Virus record (IMG/VR): IMGVR_UViG_2713896902_000002
Coordinates: 1 to 36,980 of that record
Origin: a virus
Taxonomy: Duplodnaviria; Heunggongvirae; Uroviricota; Caudoviricetes
Length of the DNA: 36,980 bases
Strand: one strand, 5' to 3'
Part shown: one piece after another, positions 35,825-36,980 of the stretch
Numbering within the stretch: position 1 is the first letter of the stretch
Layout of the letters: each line of letters begins with the position of its first letter
Program-made: the position numbers and the translations under genes
The notes under the pieces: generated by a model
What the model was told of the DNA's origin: nothing
What the model saw: only the letters and a program-made list of their open reading frames with translations
The model's database searches: none

Positions 35825-35996
35825 GGACACGCACTGATATAAATCCTTTTATATCAATAAATTAAATCAACATCTTTTTCATCAACAAGGATTTTCACGT
35901 TTGTGGTACCTGTATGAGACGAGAGTTAACCAAACAAGTGTGCCATAATCTCGCGCCCAGGCATACTTGCGATGATTTCAGGTATAAGGATACATA

Positions 35997-36980
35997 ATGA
36001 TACAACCTATTTCCGGCCCTCCTCCCGGGCAACTGCCAGACCGGGAAAACAGCGCAGGCAATCAGCCTTTATCCAGTCTGCAACGTACCGCCCTGGAAAG
36101 CTTGATGACCAAAGTAACCTCGCTGACGCAACAACAGAGAGCGGAGTTATGGGCCGGCATCAAACACGACATCGGCCTGCCAGGCGATTCACCTTTACTC
36201 TCGCGCCACTTCCCCGCTGCGGAACATAACCTCGCGCAACGTCTGCTTGCCGCGCAAAAGAGCTATTCTGCTCGTCGGCTTTTAGCCCAGTTAGGGGAAT
36301 ATTTACGGTTGGGAAATAACCGTCAGGCGGTTACGGATTACATCCGAAATAACTTTGGTCAGACACCGCTTAACCAACTCTCGCCAGAACAATTAAAGAC
36401 CATTCTTAACCTGTTACAGGAAGGGAAAATGGTTATTCCTCAACCACAGCAACGTCAGGCTACCGATCGTCCTTTATTACCGGCGGAGCATAATACGCTT
36501 AAACAACTGGTGACTAAACTCGCCGCGGCGACAGGGGAACCCAGCAAGCAGATCTGGCAGTCGATGCTGGAGCTTTCTGGTGTGAAAGATGGCGAACTAA
36601 TCCCGGCAAAACTGTTTAACCATCTGGTCACCTGGTTGCAGGCGCGTCAGAGCTTAAGCCAACAAAATACCCCGACGCTGGAATCGCTTCAGATGGCGCT
36701 AAAGAAACCGCTGGATACCAACGAGCTGGCAGCACTATCTGCGTATATCGAGCAAAAATATGGCCTTTCCGCGCAATCCGTCCTTTCTTCTGTACAGGCT
36801 GAGGATATCCTGAACCAGCTCTATCAACGGCGGGTTAAAGGGATTGATCCACGAGACATCCAGCCACTGCTCAATCCCTTTCCACCATTAATGAACACAT
36901 TGCAAAATATGGCGACACGTCCCAGCGTGTGGATTTTGTTAGTCGCCATCCTCATCATGCTGGTCTGGCTGGTACGTTAA
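35997..36980 (+). CDS. flk: host flagellar regulator Flk (C-terminally membrane-anchored)
   Basis: MIQPISGPPPGQ... with Gln-rich body and C-terminal hydrophobic anchor WILLVAILIMLVWLVR, as in enterobacterial Flk; identification from memory. Confidence 0.65.
   Translation: MIQPISGPPPGQLPDRENSAGNQPLSSLQRTALESLMTKVTSLTQQQRAELWAGIKHDIGLPGDSPLLSRHFPAAEHNLAQRLLAAQKSYSARRLLAQLGEYLRLGNNRQAVTDYIRNNFGQTPLNQLSPEQLKTILNLLQEGKMVIPQPQQRQATDRPLLPAEHNTLKQLVTKLAAATGEPSKQIWQSMLELSGVKDGELIPAKLFNHLVTWLQARQSLSQQNTPTLESLQMALKKPLDTNELAALSAYIEQKYGLSAQSVLSSVQAEDILNQLYQRRVKGIDPRDIQPLLNPFPPLMNTLQNMATRPSVWILLVAILIMLVWLVR

Noticed and set aside
1-36980. CRISPR arrays, tRNA/tmRNA genes, IS elements or transposase genes
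   Set aside because: No regularly spaced repeat-spacer structure, no cloverleaf-like tRNA candidate noticed at the att sites, and no transposase-like ORF; the only repeats found are the recombination/operator-type sites listed.

Overview
The window is almost entirely one integrated P2-like (Peduovirus-type) temperate prophage of an enterobacterial host, recognised by reading the supplied ORF translations against remembered P2/186 and plasmid R1 proteins; no searches were run. Order: int (3' end at base 1), repressor C, cox, early genes and rolling-circle initiator A, an accessory hotspot between A and the portal gene, then the late genes Q/P, O-N-M-L, lysis genes, baseplate and tail fibre H/G. 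A candidate 23-bp att direct repeat sits at 11..33 and 35802..35824, and the host gene flk begins at 35997. Main findings: (1) the A-Q hotspot carries a ParM/ParR actin-type partition pair and an AT-rich two-gene module (Xre-HTH fused to an ImmA/IrrE-type HEXXH metallopeptidase, translationally coupled to a PIN-like nuclease), a candidate toxin-antitoxin or defence system; (2) a Mu/P1-style invertible tail-fibre segment (Hv-G / G'-H'v) flanked by gix-like 26-bp inverted repeats, whose serine invertase is truncated to 50 codons; (3) the tail sheath-tube-tape-measure-U block (FI-FII-E-T-U) lies inverted relative to canonical P2 order, with one breakpoint at the invertase truncation; (4) between ogr and the att repeat there are two tandem Hok/Gef-like toxin ORFs and a TM2-domain protein, and an ASCH-domain gene sits between D and ogr. 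All coordinates were counted by hand and may be off by a few bases.
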